Below are positions 1-23,107 of a DNA stretch of 64,000 nucleotides, in pieces. Source of the stretch: the human T2T-CHM13v2.0 reference genome, Homo sapiens. Below the pieces are notes generated by a model. It was not told the origin of the DNA. It saw only the letters and a program-made list of their open reading frames with translations, and made no database searches. A program made the position numbers and the translations under genes. Each line of letters opens with the position of its first letter. The stretch's first letter is position 1. Location: assembly GCF_009914755.1 (NCBI RefSeq), contig NC_060931.1; one strand, 5' to 3'.

Positions 1-720
1 TATTGATTTTTCATCCTGCAACTTTACTGAATGTGTTTATCACATTCAGAATGTAGTTATTCTAACAGTTTTTTGTGGAGTCTTTAGGTTTTTCAAAATA
101 TAAGATTATATAATCTGCAGACAGGATAATTTGATGTCTTTCTTTCCAAAATGGATGCCATTTATTTATTTCTTTTACTAATTGCTCTAGCTAGGACTTC
201 CAGCTTTACATTGAGTAACAGTGTTGAAAATATGCATCATGATTGTGTGTTCTAGTTCTTAGAGAAAAGGCTTTCAGTTTTTACCCATTCAGTATGATAC
301 TAGCTGTGGGTCTGTCTTATTCGGCATTTTGAATGTTAAGGTATGTTCCTTCTATACCATTTGTGATGGTTCTTACTATTAAATGATTTCGAATTTTATC
401 AAATGGTTTTTCAGCATCATTTGAAATAACAATATTGTTTTTGTCCTTCATTCTATTGGTATGATATATCACATTGATTAATTTGCATATGTTGAACTAT
501 GCTTGCATCCCCTGGATAAATCCCACTTGGTTATGATGAATAAACTTTTTAATGTGTTGTTAAATTAGGTTTGCTCATATTTTGTTGAGGACTTCTGCAT
601 CAGTAAATATACATCAGAGATACTGGCCTGTAGTTTTCTTTTCTTGATGTGTACTTACTTGGTTTTGTATCAGGTTAACACTGGCCTCATAGAATGAGTT
701 TAGAAGTATTCCCTTTATTT
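1..720 (-). mobile_element. Old LINE-1 (L1M/L1PB-age) ORF2 fragment, degenerate
   Basis: Diverged match to the antisense L1 RT region seen in the younger L1s of this window, e.g. 'gcttgcatcccctggataaatcccacttggttatgatg' and 'cccattcagtatgatactagctgtggg'. No open frame. Confidence 0.85.
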
Positions 721-749
721 GACTTTTGGTCATATCATTCTAATATCTG

Positions 750-986
750 TCCACAAGGCCACACTTCCTTCTCATCTCCTGGCTGTGTGAAACCTCTAGC
801 TCTGTTTTATAAAAATATTTGCTATGGCATTCATTGCCCTACAAAATAATATGGGGTTATTTTCTTATCAAAAAATTGTTAATTAATCACATCTGCAGAA
901 ACCCTTTTTTCAAAATACAGTAATATTTACTCTTTCCAGGGAGTAAGATTTGATTTCTTTGGTGACCACTATTCAACCTACTTACA
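750..986 (-). mobile_element. MaLR LTR fragment (MLT1 family)
   Basis: 'ttaatcacatctgcagaaaccctttt...ccactattcaacctacttaca' resembles an antisense MLT1 LTR end (recalled consensus). Confidence 0.6.
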
Positions 987-2061
987 GAGGCATTTTGCAG
1001 CTTTGTTTAAAGATCAACTCAGATGATTTAGGTGAAACACTTAGCAAACTCTGAAATCACCTAAATATATAGTGTATAATTTAAATTTTCTATCGATTTT
1101 TGACATCCATTGTTCTCATGGCTAATGCCATCTTAATTTTATATAATTTCTCACATATAAAGTCCATGATAAATTAGTAATTTATACATTTGTATTAGGT
1201 TATTATGATAGTAATACATCTGCACCCACTCTTGTTAAGAACTTTTTGTCAGAAGTGATAAACATTTGTTAGATAACCATCTGTCTGGGGTTTGGTGCTC
1301 AAAGATATTTGGAAGACAAAATTGATCAAACTCAAGATCTTGTCTTCATAATATTACTTTCCTTGTACTAGCTAAGCAGCCATTATAACTCAATCTAAAC
1401 AATGCTCCCACTACATCCACTATTGAGTGTGACTTAGATTAAATTAGGTTTCCAGTATTTTGTCCTGGGCATGGTTATCTCGGTCTCTAGTTTCTATTAA
1501 AGAGAGGAGGACATGACAGATCATTTCAAGTTCATTTTGCACTTAAATTGCTTCTCAGTTCAGGCTTTTATTACTAAGAAAAAAAATGATGCTCTTAATG
1601 CATTCCTGGATGCTGCTTTCCCCAAGGTTTTGTAAAACTTAACATTTATTTTTCATATTTTGGAAAAAGTGTTTAGTCCCTGAACTTTCTTCTCAGTTAA
1701 AAGAAAAAAAAAGTCTCAGTGTTGAGACCTTGCCATCTTCAGTGCTATAGTCTTGTGAAAATCCCTGTAAAACATTTGCCTCTTTCTTCAGAGGAATACT
1801 GTGCAAGGAAAAAGATAACGACTTAAAATATTTCACATGATGTCTTGGAGATTAAAAGACAAAGAGAATAATAGAAATAAAAGATATATATGTTAAACAT
1901 ATGTTTACAATAAAATTCCAGTTCTTCAACAACATTAGGATCTATTTATATGTAAGAAATTTGTTGGGCTAAACAGGTGAGGATTGATATACGTTTGGTG
2001 TAACTAATTTCTTTATTTGAATCCTTTCTCTTGGATTAAAAAAAAAGTAATAACCCTAGTG

Positions 2062-2255
2062 TAGTGGTTCCCCAAACATGTTCAGTCAGAACTGATTTAG
2101 ATTTTTAAAAAATAATAATGATTCTTACACTTCACCTCATGAAATTTTGATGGAAAAGACAGGACCTGGAGAGTGGTACAGTGTAGGCAAGAAATTTGTG
2201 TTTCTGAAAACCTCAACAGGTCATCTCAATAAGCAGCCAAGCTTCGCAACCATTG
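2062..2255. mobile_element. MER5-like hAT MITE
   Basis: Degenerate TIRs 'tagtggttccccaaac' and 'gcttcgcaaccattg' about 190 bp apart. Confidence 0.55.
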
Positions 2256-2517
2256 TGAATAAGGCAGTTCTAATCTTTCAGGCCTGTTGTACTTTACTTC
2301 AGCTTTACAGGTACTTTAAGAAAATATCGGGGGAGGAGCCAAGATGGCCGAATAGGAACAGCTCCAGTCTACAGCTCCCAGCGTGAGCAACGCAGTCGAC
2401 GGGTGATTTCTGCATTTCCATCTGAGGTACTGAGTTATTCTCACTAGGGAGTGCCAGACAGTGGGCGCAGGTCAGTGGGTACAGCGCATCCTGCGCGAGC
2501 CGAAGCAGGGCGAGGCA

Positions 2518-2781
2518 TCACCTCACCCGGGAAGTGCAAGGGGTCAGGGAATTCCCTTTCCTAGTCAAAGAAAGGGGTGACAGATGGCACCTGGAAAATC
2601 GGGTGACTCCCACCCGAATACTGCACTTTTCCGATGGGCTTAAAAAATGGCACACCAAGAGATTATATCCTGCACCTGGCTCAGAGGGTCCTATGCCCAT
2701 GGAATCTCACTGATTGCTAGCACAGCAGTCTGAGATCAAACTGCAGGGCGGCAGGGAGGCTGGGGGAGGGGCGCCCGCCAT
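2518..2781 (-). pseudogene. L1 ORF0 (antisense 5'UTR ORF), disrupted
   Basis: ATG at 2781 gives MAGAPPPASLPPCSLISDCCASNQ* (TGA at codon 25). An in-frame ATG at 2700 opens the 60-aa remainder (MGIGPSEPG...). Confidence 0.8.
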
Positions 2782-2846
2782 TGCCCAGGCTTGTTTAGGT
2801 AAACAAAGCAGCCGAAAAGCTCCAACTGGGTGGAGCCCACCACAGC

Positions 2847-5538
<2,692 letters not shown>

Positions 5539-5998
5539 AAAAAGATAGCAGTAACTTCTGCAGGCTTAAATGTCCCTGTCTGACAGCTTTGAAGAGAGTA
5601 GTGGTTCTCCCAGCACACAGCTGGAGATCTGAGAATGGGCAGACTGCCTCCTCAAGTGGGTTCATGACCCCTGACCCCTGAGCAGCCTAACTGGGAGGCA
5701 ACCCCCAGTAGGGGCAGACTGACACCTCACACGGCCGGGTACTCCTCTGAGACAAAACTTCCAGAGGAACCATCAGAAAGCAGCATTCGCAGTTCACGAA
5801 AAGCCACTGTTCTGCAGACACCGCTGCTGATACCCAGGCAAACAGAGTCTGGAGTGGACCTCTAGCAAACTCCAACAGACCTGCAGCTGAGGGTCCTGTC
5901 TGTTACAAGGAAAACTAACAAACAGAAAGGACATCCACACCAAAAACCCATCTGTACATCACCATCATAAAAGACCAAAAGTAGATAAAACCACAAAG

Positions 5999-7010
5999 AT
6001 GGGGAAAAAACAGAGCAGAAAAACTGGAAACTCTGAAAAGCAGAGCACCTCTCCTCCTCCAAAGGATCGCAGTTCCTCACCAGCAATGGAACAAGCTGGA
6101 CGGAGAATGACTTTGATGAGTTGAGAGAAGAAGGCTTCAGACAATCAAACTACGAGTTACAAGAGGAAATTCAAACCAAAGGCAAAGAAGTTAAAAATTT
6201 TGAAAAAAATTTAGACGAATGTATAACTAGAATAACCAATACAGAGAAGTGCTTAAAGGAGTTGATGGACCTGAAAGCCAAGGCACAAGAACTACGTGAA
6301 GAATGCTGAAGCCTCAGGAGCCGATGCCATCAACTGGAAGAAAGGGTATCAGCGATAGAAGATGAAATGAATGAAATGAAGCAAGAAGGGAAGTTTAGAG
6401 AAAAAAGAATAAAAAGAAACGAACAAAGCATCCAAAAACTATGGGACTATGTGAAAAGACCAAATCTACGTCTGATTGGTGTACCTGAAAGTGACGGGGA
6501 GCATGGAGCCAATTTGGAAAACACTCTGCAGGATATTATCCAGGAGATCTTCTCCAGTCTAGCAAGGCAGGCCAACATTCAGATTCAGGAAATACAGAGA
6601 ACGCCACAAAGATACTCCTCGAGAAGAGCAACTCCAAGACACATTATTGTCAGATTCACCAAAGTTGAAATGAAGAAAAAATGTTAAGGGAAGGCAGAGA
6701 GAAAGGTTGGGTTACCCACAAAGGGAAGCCCATCAGACTAACAGCGGATCTCTCAGCAGAAACTCTACAAGCCAGAAGAGAGCGGGGGCCAATATTCAAC
6801 ATTCTTAAAGAAAAGAATTTTCAACCCAGAATTTCATATCCAGCCAAACTAAGCTTCATAAGTGAAGGAGAAATAAAATACTTTACAGACAAGCAAACGC
6901 TGAGAGATTTTGTCACCAGCAGGCCTGCCCTAAAAGAGCTCCTGAAGGAAGCACTAAACATGGAAAGGAACAACCGGTACCAGCTGCTGCAAAATCATGC
7001 CAAAATGTAA
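5999..7010 (+). pseudogene. L1 ORF1p, disrupted
   Basis: ATGGGGAAAAAACAG at 5999 to ...HAKM* at 7010. Broken into fragments 6121-6309, 6367-6687 and 6681-7010 by a stop and frameshifts. Confidence 0.93.
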
Positions 7011-7073
7011 AGACCATCGAGACTAGGAAGAAACTGCATCAACTAACGAGCAAAATAACCAGCTAACATCATA

Positions 7074-10899
<3,826 letters not shown>

Positions 10900-11324
10900 A
10901 CAATGAGATCACATGGACACAGGAAGGGGAGCATCACACTCTGGGGACTGTTGTGGGGTGGGGGGAGGGGGGAGGGATAGCATTGGGAGATATACCTAAT
11001 GCTAGATGACGAGTTAGTGGGTGCAGCGCACCAGCATGTCACATGTATATATATGTAACTAACCTGCACATTGTGCACCTGTACCCTAAAACTTAAAGTA
11101 TAATAATAAAAAAAATTTAAAAAAAAAGAAAATATCAATGTGGAAATGTGACTAATTTTTGGCGAATATTTTTTATGAGGAGATCTCTTTAACTTGAAAA
11201 TATTTTTTATTATATAGGTATGCAAACATATTAATATCGAATAGTAGATTAAGCCTAGCCAAGAAGCAAGCAAAACTTGCTCACAATAGATCAGTTCTGG
11301 ATAAACATCTTCCATAGATCATGG

Positions 11325-11381
11325 AATTATCAACATGTGATAATCAATCTAAATTATCAACATGCGATAATCAATCTAAAT
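11325..11381. repeat. 27-bp tandem duplication (2 copies, 1 mismatch)
   Basis: AATTATCAACATG(T/C)GATAATCAATCTA at 11325-11351 and 11352-11378. Confidence 0.95.
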
Positions 11382-11383
11382 GC

Positions 11384-11969
11384 TCTTACACTGACCAGTT
11401 CAAGCTAGTATTTTCTTTCAGCTATGTGATGTCTGTGATCATGACGATTTTTCAGGAGCATATGTTGTGGCCTGTTATGAAGGGTTTAAACCCTAATAAA
11501 CTTCAAACTCAGAATAAGACTGCTACCAATATGAGCATTAGGGCAATACATTGAAAGACTGGGGACAGGATGAGAATAACTGAAAAACATTTCTCTGAGA
11601 GTTTCAAGGTCCTCATTAAGTGTACATAGATGTTTTCCAAAGGCTGTTGGCAAAGTAGCAGGTGAATAGAAATCATATGAAGGGCAGAAAACTAGGAAGC
11701 AAACTGACTGACCAAAAACGTGTCAGTCAATCTCTAAAGGAGAAAGAACTCTTCCATGGTTTGCAGAACTGGATGATCACCTTTGTAAAGATATCCTGAC
11801 TCTCACTTGAGAGCGGACTTTTTTCTCACATTGACTAGCTCAAGCTAGTGTTTTCTTTCAGCTATGTTATTGCTATGATCATTATGATTTTCAGGAGTAT
11901 ATGTTGTGGCCTGCTATGATGGATAAAAACCCTAATAAATCTCACACTCAGAATAAGTCTGCTACCAAT
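11384..11969. repeat. Diverged ~146-bp direct repeat pair (11384-11530 and 11824-11969)
   Basis: Shared blocks 'tcaagctagt', 'ttttctttcagctatgt', 'tatgttgtggcctg', 'aaaccctaataaa', 'actcagaataag' and 'ctgctaccaat'. Confidence 0.9.
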
Positions 11970-12081
11970 TTGTGCAGACAAGCTCTCACTTGAGAGTCAG
12001 GATATCTTGAGACATGCCAATCTCAAGCCCTGCTAAAGGAAAAATCTACCACAGCCATAAAAGTTTGGAGGACAGTATTTG

Positions 12082-12525
12082 TTTTTTTTTTTTTTTTTTA
12101 AATTTTTTTTTTTATTATACTCTAAGTTTTAGGGTACATGTGCACATTGTGCAGGTTAGTTACATATGTATACATGTGCCATGCTGGTGCGCTGCACCCA
12201 CTAACGTGTCATCTAGCATTAGGTATATCTCCCAATGCTATCCCTCCCCCCTCCCCCGACCCCACCACAGTCCCCAGAGTGTGATATTCCCCTTCCTGTG
12301 TCCATGTGATCTCATTGTTCAATTCCCACCTATGAGTGAGAATATGCGGTGTTTGGTTTTTTGTTCTTGCGATAGTTTACTGAGAATGATGGTTTCCAAT
12401 TTCATCCATGTCCCTACAAAGGACATGAACTCATCATTTTTTATGGCTGCATAGTATTCCATGGTGTATATGTGCCACATTTTCTTAATCCAGTCTATCA
12501 TTGTTGGACATTTGGGTTGGTTCCA
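12082..12525 (-). mobile_element. L1HS pre-Ta, heavily 5'-truncated (~440 bp)
   Basis: Poly-T from 12082. ACG diagnostic (CGT at 12205-12207) and the L1HS G (CTCTAAG). TSD CAGTATTTG at 12073-12081 and 12524-12532, where the CA is shared with L1. Confidence 0.95.
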
Positions 12526-12929
12526 GTATTTGAACAATGCAAGGAAAGCTACAATAAGGCCTAGCCTCACATCTCAGATTACATTCACTCAACTTCTTAA
12601 ATTGGCTAACAGAAGAATGGGTAAGTATCAGGGGTAAATAATATTTTCTTTTCTTTCTACTGTTCTTGTACAGACACTATCTATACAAGCAAAATTTATA
12701 AGCATTATCACATATGTAAGAATGCAACAAAATATGAGCATTAGGCAAGAGAAAACAAACGCTGACATAGCTGAAAAATTAAAATCATCAAGCAAGGCAT
12801 TTAAAATAACTAGAATTGATATGTTAATATGGAAAAGTATTTTCGAAACATTGGCATAGAGCAATATCTGGAACATCACATGTGTTTTGGAAGGCAGAGT
12901 GATACAGAGGACACACACATTCTACTGCC

Positions 12930-13330
12930 AACAGACTGCGTCTGAATCTAGGCTCCAGTACCCACTGTCTACATCAAATTACTTACATACTTAGAGTTCC
13001 AAAGTTTCTTCACTGGTCAAATGGGAATAATAAGGAAAAGCATGGCATGCCAAGATACAGCCTCTGGAGCAGGAACATCTGGATTTGGATCCTGGTTTCT
13101 CTGCACATTACTTGTATGGCCTGGGTCAAGATATTAAATCTATTTGCCCCTCATGAATAATCCTAGTTCCTATCTTACATGACTGTTGTGTTAAATTTTT
13201 TAACATACACAAATCATTTAAATGAGTATGTAGAAAAATAAATTTTCAGTAATAATGCTTATTATGAAAATAGCTTACCTGGCTGTTATAATGATTAAAT
13301 GAAACTTTATGAAATGTTTGAGCAATGCCC
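12930..13330 (+). mobile_element. MIR fragments
   Basis: MIR core-like text such as 'tctgaatctaggctcc', 'ctggatttggatcctgg' and 'atgattaaatga'. Confidence 0.55.
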
Positions 13331-16146
13331 AACTTGGTTCGAACTCCATAGATGTCTTTGCTCCTTCCCTCTTCCTCTTAACTGGCATCTATTTTTCTTT
13401 CCTTCTTAAGATAAGTTTTGATCCACTTTGGAGTTTTTAAAGGTGAAGTATTTCAAGTAATTATTCTATTGGGTAATGCCTCATTTCCAAGGAGTTTGGA
13501 GAAAGGAAATAGATATGAAATTCAGGTCAAAGTAAAACTGAGAGTGTGACAATAAAAATAAGTCAGGAACTATTAGAAGAATGGGTAGTAATGTATCCCT
13601 TAAGTTGCTATAAATGGATAAACAATTTTCTGAGTTTCCTAGAAGTCAAAGCAAAGATGAACAAGTTCAGTTACAAGCCTTCACTATATTTCATATTTTA
13701 AAAACTATACTGATAAAGTCACATTTTTCTAGTGCTGGGACTTAAAAAACATCTTCCATATGTCTTCCTATAAAAAAAAGCCATTCCTGTCTTAAACACA
13801 ATAGCATGCTGTTCAAGGCAGGGCAATAAGTAGCACAGTCATAAAATTCAGTAAAATAAATCCTCCACAAGTCTTCTTGATGGTTTATGAAAACTAAAAC
13901 AACTGATTGAATAGTTAAACAAACATAATATATCTAGTAAAATACAGGGACATCCTCACTGGTAATCACTTCAACCACTCAGTGTCTGAGGTTCTATTTT
14001 GTGCTAAAGCCTGGAATGCAGGTAAACTCTGCTGTCATCTGGGAACAAAAACATATTGCGAGTGAAGAAAACAGTGACATTCTTATATAAATATAATGTA
14101 AGCTGATACCTGATGAGATAATCATGCTACCTCTACAGTAGCCCTCAAGCATAATTATTTTTCAGAAATTGTTCGAGTCTGTCCTAACACAAGAGATACA
14201 ATGACCATAATATCTACCTGTAGACCAAACTCAATGATCTTGTCTACAAAAATATTAAAGAAAGTGTTACTAATTACTAAATCACCATTTAAAAATCTCG
14301 GTAAAGCACTGCACTAATATTTACTGTTTATTAGTTTGGATTCTGGTATCATACTTTCATGTAGATTAATTACAAATGATCTCAGTAAAAAGTAGTTGGA
14401 AATAGACTGGTTAGATATTGTCATTATATGCACAAAATAATCATTTTAGTATTAGAATAGTTCTCTTGAAACATTTTTCTAACAATATTTTGTAGTGAGA
14501 CACGTTGAAGCTATGTATAGTAAGTGACAACAAAATCATATCATTGGTATGAAGAAAAACACCAAATATTCTTTCCTCAGAGTAAAAGAACAGGAACCCA
14601 AATCTTCCAGGAGCAGCTGTGAGTCATTAACATACAAGTTTAAGAGAAATGGGTTATAACGTACCTTTGTTTTATACCACTGGCAATTGTTAACTTGTCT
14701 TCAGGTGACCATTTATATAGACTTTGATCTTAGCATATTAAAATGTGGGCTCAGTTTGAGCAAGTATAATCAGGGGAATATATCTTTTATAGTATTTTGA
14801 TTTCAGTTGGATACAGTAAAATTCAAAAATGCTTAACACCACATTTAATATTGTCAAGGAAACTTACAAATTTGAAAGGTCAGAAGGTTTGTAAATTAGT
14901 AAGGGAGGTTCTTATAAATTGATAGTAAAAACAGTAATAAGAGTAATATTAATATAATAAGAATACATTTTAACATTCAATATTAATTATGTCCTTTCAA
15001 TATATCCCAGAAAGTAATGTTACCAAACTCAGACTCTTTTACTCTATAAAACACAAGCTGTTCATTTTAACATATAATTTAATTTAATTTCCATTCTGAG
15101 TAAATGAAATTCTTAACCAGGAAATATTACAATCATTAATCTTAGCATATTTAAAAAATGATTTCCTTTAAAAGCTACAGTGTGGGTAGATAACATATAA
15201 TTTGAAATTAATTTTTAAAGAAGTATAACAGATAGATCAAATCACAGTGGGTTTAATATGGATGGAATATTGATAGTAAGATGTTAGATGTACAGTCATT
15301 TGCAATCCCAAATGCATATCACAGGTTATCTGTAAGCAAAACTTAGCTTTATTTAGTCATTGAAAATGGTGAAGAAATAGGAAAACTGGGCTATTTCTTT
15401 ATACCTTACTCTTTTGATCATTTCCAAGAGGACAGCAACCAAAGATGCCATTCTTTTATTTATAGGCAGGCTTTTGACATCTTTGACAAAAAGGAAATAA
15501 CAAATTTTACATTAATAGGAAGAACATAATAGTCTCATGTATGGATAAATGGAGAAAAGCAATCAATGGTAAATAGGAATTTTTGGCTATATCTCTGCAG
15601 AATATTATTAGACTGACCGTATTACTATTTCGTAGTTACATTTAGTTACACTAGATTTGGCTGCCTACATTGTTTTTATTAATCAGGGTACCTAAATGAA
15701 CTGCGTGTGAATTGTGTTGTTTGGTCATAGCTTGTGTATTAAACTAGCCCTATGCTGGCCAGAAAGACCTATTTGTGTTTTTAGGATTATTGGTTGTAGT
15801 AATATTGTTATTATTAATAATAATTATTATTATAGTATATATTGCTAAATTTTCTTAAAATAAGCCTGTTACAATATCACTTACTTTTCTTATTTGTTTT
15901 TAATTTTAATTTTTATTTCTTATTTTAGCTTTTTTTATTATTATTATACTTAAAGTTTTAGGGTACATGGGCACAACGTGCAGGTTAGTTACATATGTAT
16001 ACATGTGCCATGTTGGTGTGCTGCACGCATTAACTCGTCATTTAGCATTAGGTATATCCCCTAATGCTATCCCTCCCGCCTCCCCCACCCCACAACAGTC
16101 CCTGGTGTGTGATGTTCCCCTTCCTGTGTCCATGTGTTCTCATTGT

Positions 16147-19980
<3,834 letters not shown>

Positions 19981-20000
19981 TTATTCTGCTCGTTCGTTGA

Positions 20001-20098
20001 TGCAGTTTCTTCCTAGCCTTGATGGTCTTTACAATTTGGCATGTTTTTGCAGTTTCTTCCTAGCCTTGATGGTCTTTACAATTTGGCATGTTTTTGCA
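20001..20098. repeat. Perfect 47-bp tandem duplication at the L1 ORF1 end / inter-ORF spacer
   Basis: 20001-20047 equals 20048-20094, with TGCA microhomology at the ends. Confidence 0.95.
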
Positions 20099-21092
20099 AT
20101 GGCTGTTACTGGTTGTTCCTTTCCATGTTTAGTGCTTCCTTCAGGAGCTCTTTTAGGGCAGGCCTGGTGGTGACAAAATCTCTCAGCATTTGCTTGTCTG
20201 TAAAGTATTTTATTTCTCCTTCACTTATGAAGCTTAGTTTGGCTGGATATGAAATTCTGGGTTGAAAATTCTTTTCTTTAAGAATGTTGAATATTGGTCC
20301 CTACTATCTTCTGGCTTGTAGAGTTTCTGCCAAGAGACCAGCTCTTAGTCTGATGGGCTTCCCTTTGTGGGTAATCCGACCTTTCTCTCTGGCTGCCCTT
20401 AACATTTTTTCCTTCATTTCACCTTTGGTGAATCTGACAATTATGTGTCTTGGAGTTGCTCTTCTCGAGGAGTATCTTTGTGGCGTTCTCTGTATTTCCT
20501 GAATTTGAATGTTGGCCTGCCTTGCTAGATTGGGAAAGTTCTCCTCGATAATATCCTGCAGAGTGTTTTCCAACTTGGTTCCATTCTCCTCGTCACTTTC
20601 ACGTACACCAATTAGACGTAGATTTGGTCTTTTCACATAGTCCCATATTTCTTGGAGGCTTTGTTCATTTCTTTTTATTCTTTTTTCTCTAAACTTCTCT
20701 TCACGCTTCATCTCATTCATTTCGTCTTCCATCACTGATACCCTTTCTTCCAGTTGATCACATCGGTTACCGAGGCTTGTGCATTCATCACGTAGTTCTC
20801 GTGCCTTGGTTTTCAGCTCCATCAGGTCCTTTAAGGACTTCTCTGCATTGATTATTCCAGTTAACCATTTGTCTAATTTTTTTTCACAGTTTTTAACTTC
20901 TTTGCCATGGGTTTGAACTTCCTCCTTTAGCTCAGAGTAGTTTGATCTTCTGAAGCCTTCGTCTCTCAACTCATTGAAGTCATTCTCCGTCCAGCTTTGT
21001 TCCATTGCTGGTGAGGAGCTGCGTTCCTTTGGAGGAGGAGAGCCGCTCTGATTTTTAGAGTTTCCGGTTTTTCTGCTCTGTCTTCTCCCCAT
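20076..21092 (-). pseudogene. L1 ORF1p, truncated by a premature stop at 20304
   Basis: MGRRQSRKTGNSK from 21092, open through the coiled-coil and RRM regions to ...LQARR*. Confidence 0.93.
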
Positions 21093-22832
21093 CTTTGTGG
21101 TTTTATCTACCTTTGGTCTTTGATGATGGTGACGCACAGATGGGTTTTTGGCGTGGATGTCCTTTCTGTTTGTTAGTTTTCCTTCTAACAGTCAGGACCC
21201 TCAGCTGCAGGTCTGTTGGAGTTTACTGGAGGTCCACTCTAGACCCTGTTTGCCTGGGTATCAGCAGCGGTGGCTGCAGAACAGCGGATACTGGTGAACC
21301 ACAAATGCTGCTGCCTGATGGTTCCTCTGGAAGTTTTGTCTCACAGGAGTCCCTGGCCATGTGGGGTGTCAGTCTGCCCCTACTGAGGGGTGCCTCCCAG
21401 TTAGGCTACTCAGGGGTCAGGGACCCTCTTGTGGAGGCAGTCTGCCCATTCTCAGATCTCAAGCTGCGTGCTGGGAGAACCACTACTCTCCTCAAAGCTG
21501 TCAGACGAGGACATTTAAGACTGCAGAGGTTATTGCTGTCTTTTGTTTGTCTGTGTCCTGCCCCCAGAGGTGGAACCTACAGAGGCAGGCAGGCCTCCTT
21601 GGGCTGTGGTGGGCTCCACCCAGTTCGAGCTTCCTGGCCGCTTTGTTTATGTACTCAGGCCTAAGCAATGGTGGGCGCCCCTCCCCCAGCCTTGCTGCCA
21701 CCTTGCAGTTTGATCTCAGACTGCTGTGCTAGCAATGAGTGAGGCTCCATGGGCGTAGGACCCTCCGAGCCAGATGTGGGATATAATCTCCTGGTGTGCC
21801 GTTTGTTAAGCCCGTTGGAAGAGCTCAGTATTAGGGTAGTAGTGACCTGATATTCCAGGTGCCGTCTGTCACCCCTTTCTTTGACTAGAAAAGGGAATTC
21901 CCTGACCCCTTGCACTTCCTGGGTGAGGTGATGCCTCGCTCTGCTTCGGCTTACGCACAGTGCACTGCACCCACTGACCTGCACCCACTGTCCAGCACTC
22001 CCTAGTGAGATGAACCCAGTATCTCAGTTGGAAATGCAGAAATCACCCATCTTCTGCATCGCTCACGCTGGGAGCTGTAGACTGGAGCTCTTCCTATTCG
22101 GCCATCTTGACTCCACCCTTGTTTTTAATTTAACAAGTATTCATCAAAATACTACTGTGATGAGAAGAAAGGTATAAAACACTGAAGCCTTCTAGAAGAA
22201 AATAATCTATTTATGTAGACATGATCTAAACCTTGGAACAATTGTAAAATCTGTCTTGTGTGAAAATTTAATGAATTGCTAAATGAATTCTACAGGTAGT
22301 TATAGCCAATAAACATTTGAAGTAGAGAGATCAATGAAGAATGGAGCAATAAAAGAAAGCCTAATGAAGGAGGTGAGACTGAGTGTTCAGTTATGGTTGG
22401 CACTTGGATAGGTCAAAGGGCAAGGGCAAAGTGTTTTAGGAAGGGCAAAATATTGGAGTCAAGACTGTGTGACAGTACAAACTGAAGAAACGTGTGTAGC
22501 TGGAACAGACAGTATTTATCAACAGGGCAACAGAAGAGAAGTTTGCATGGATAGGAAGGAGCCAGACTGGGGGATTAGGGAGGTTCAACAATGAGATGGA
22601 AAGTTGGGTTATCATTCTACTGACAAAGGGGTAATAATGATAAGAAAAATGGTGTTATATTCAGTTAATCCTCTAAGTCATTCCACTCATTACTCCCTTA
22701 AAATTGTCTATCAGAACTTTCTAGAAGAGATTACAGTGCTGCTCAGATGTTACCCATCAGGGTAGATGAGTGGGGCTTAGGGAGGCTCAGAAGGTCCACT
22801 CTTTCTCAGAGCCTAACTAACCTAACGCATAG

Positions 22833-23107
<275 letters not shown>

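Noticed and set aside
2518-2700. 60-aa antisense ORF as a novel microprotein
   Set aside because: It is the C-terminal remnant of known L1 ORF0. The same TGA and ATG in the minus-strand L1 (21740-21751) are CpG-decay hotspots, so I did not count them as conversion evidence.
11321-11554. 77-aa ORF with a repeated LSTCDNQSK
   Set aside because: The repeat just reflects the 27-bp tandem duplication. There is no recognisable homology.
11325-12008. CRISPR-like array
   Set aside because: Only two adjacent copies with no spacers, in a mammalian context.
13330-15890. Apparently unique AT-rich stretch (also 25000-26400 and 62650-64000) as possible exons or enhancers
   Set aside because: No ORF, splice or motif evidence is discernible by eye. 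Conservation and expression data would be needed.
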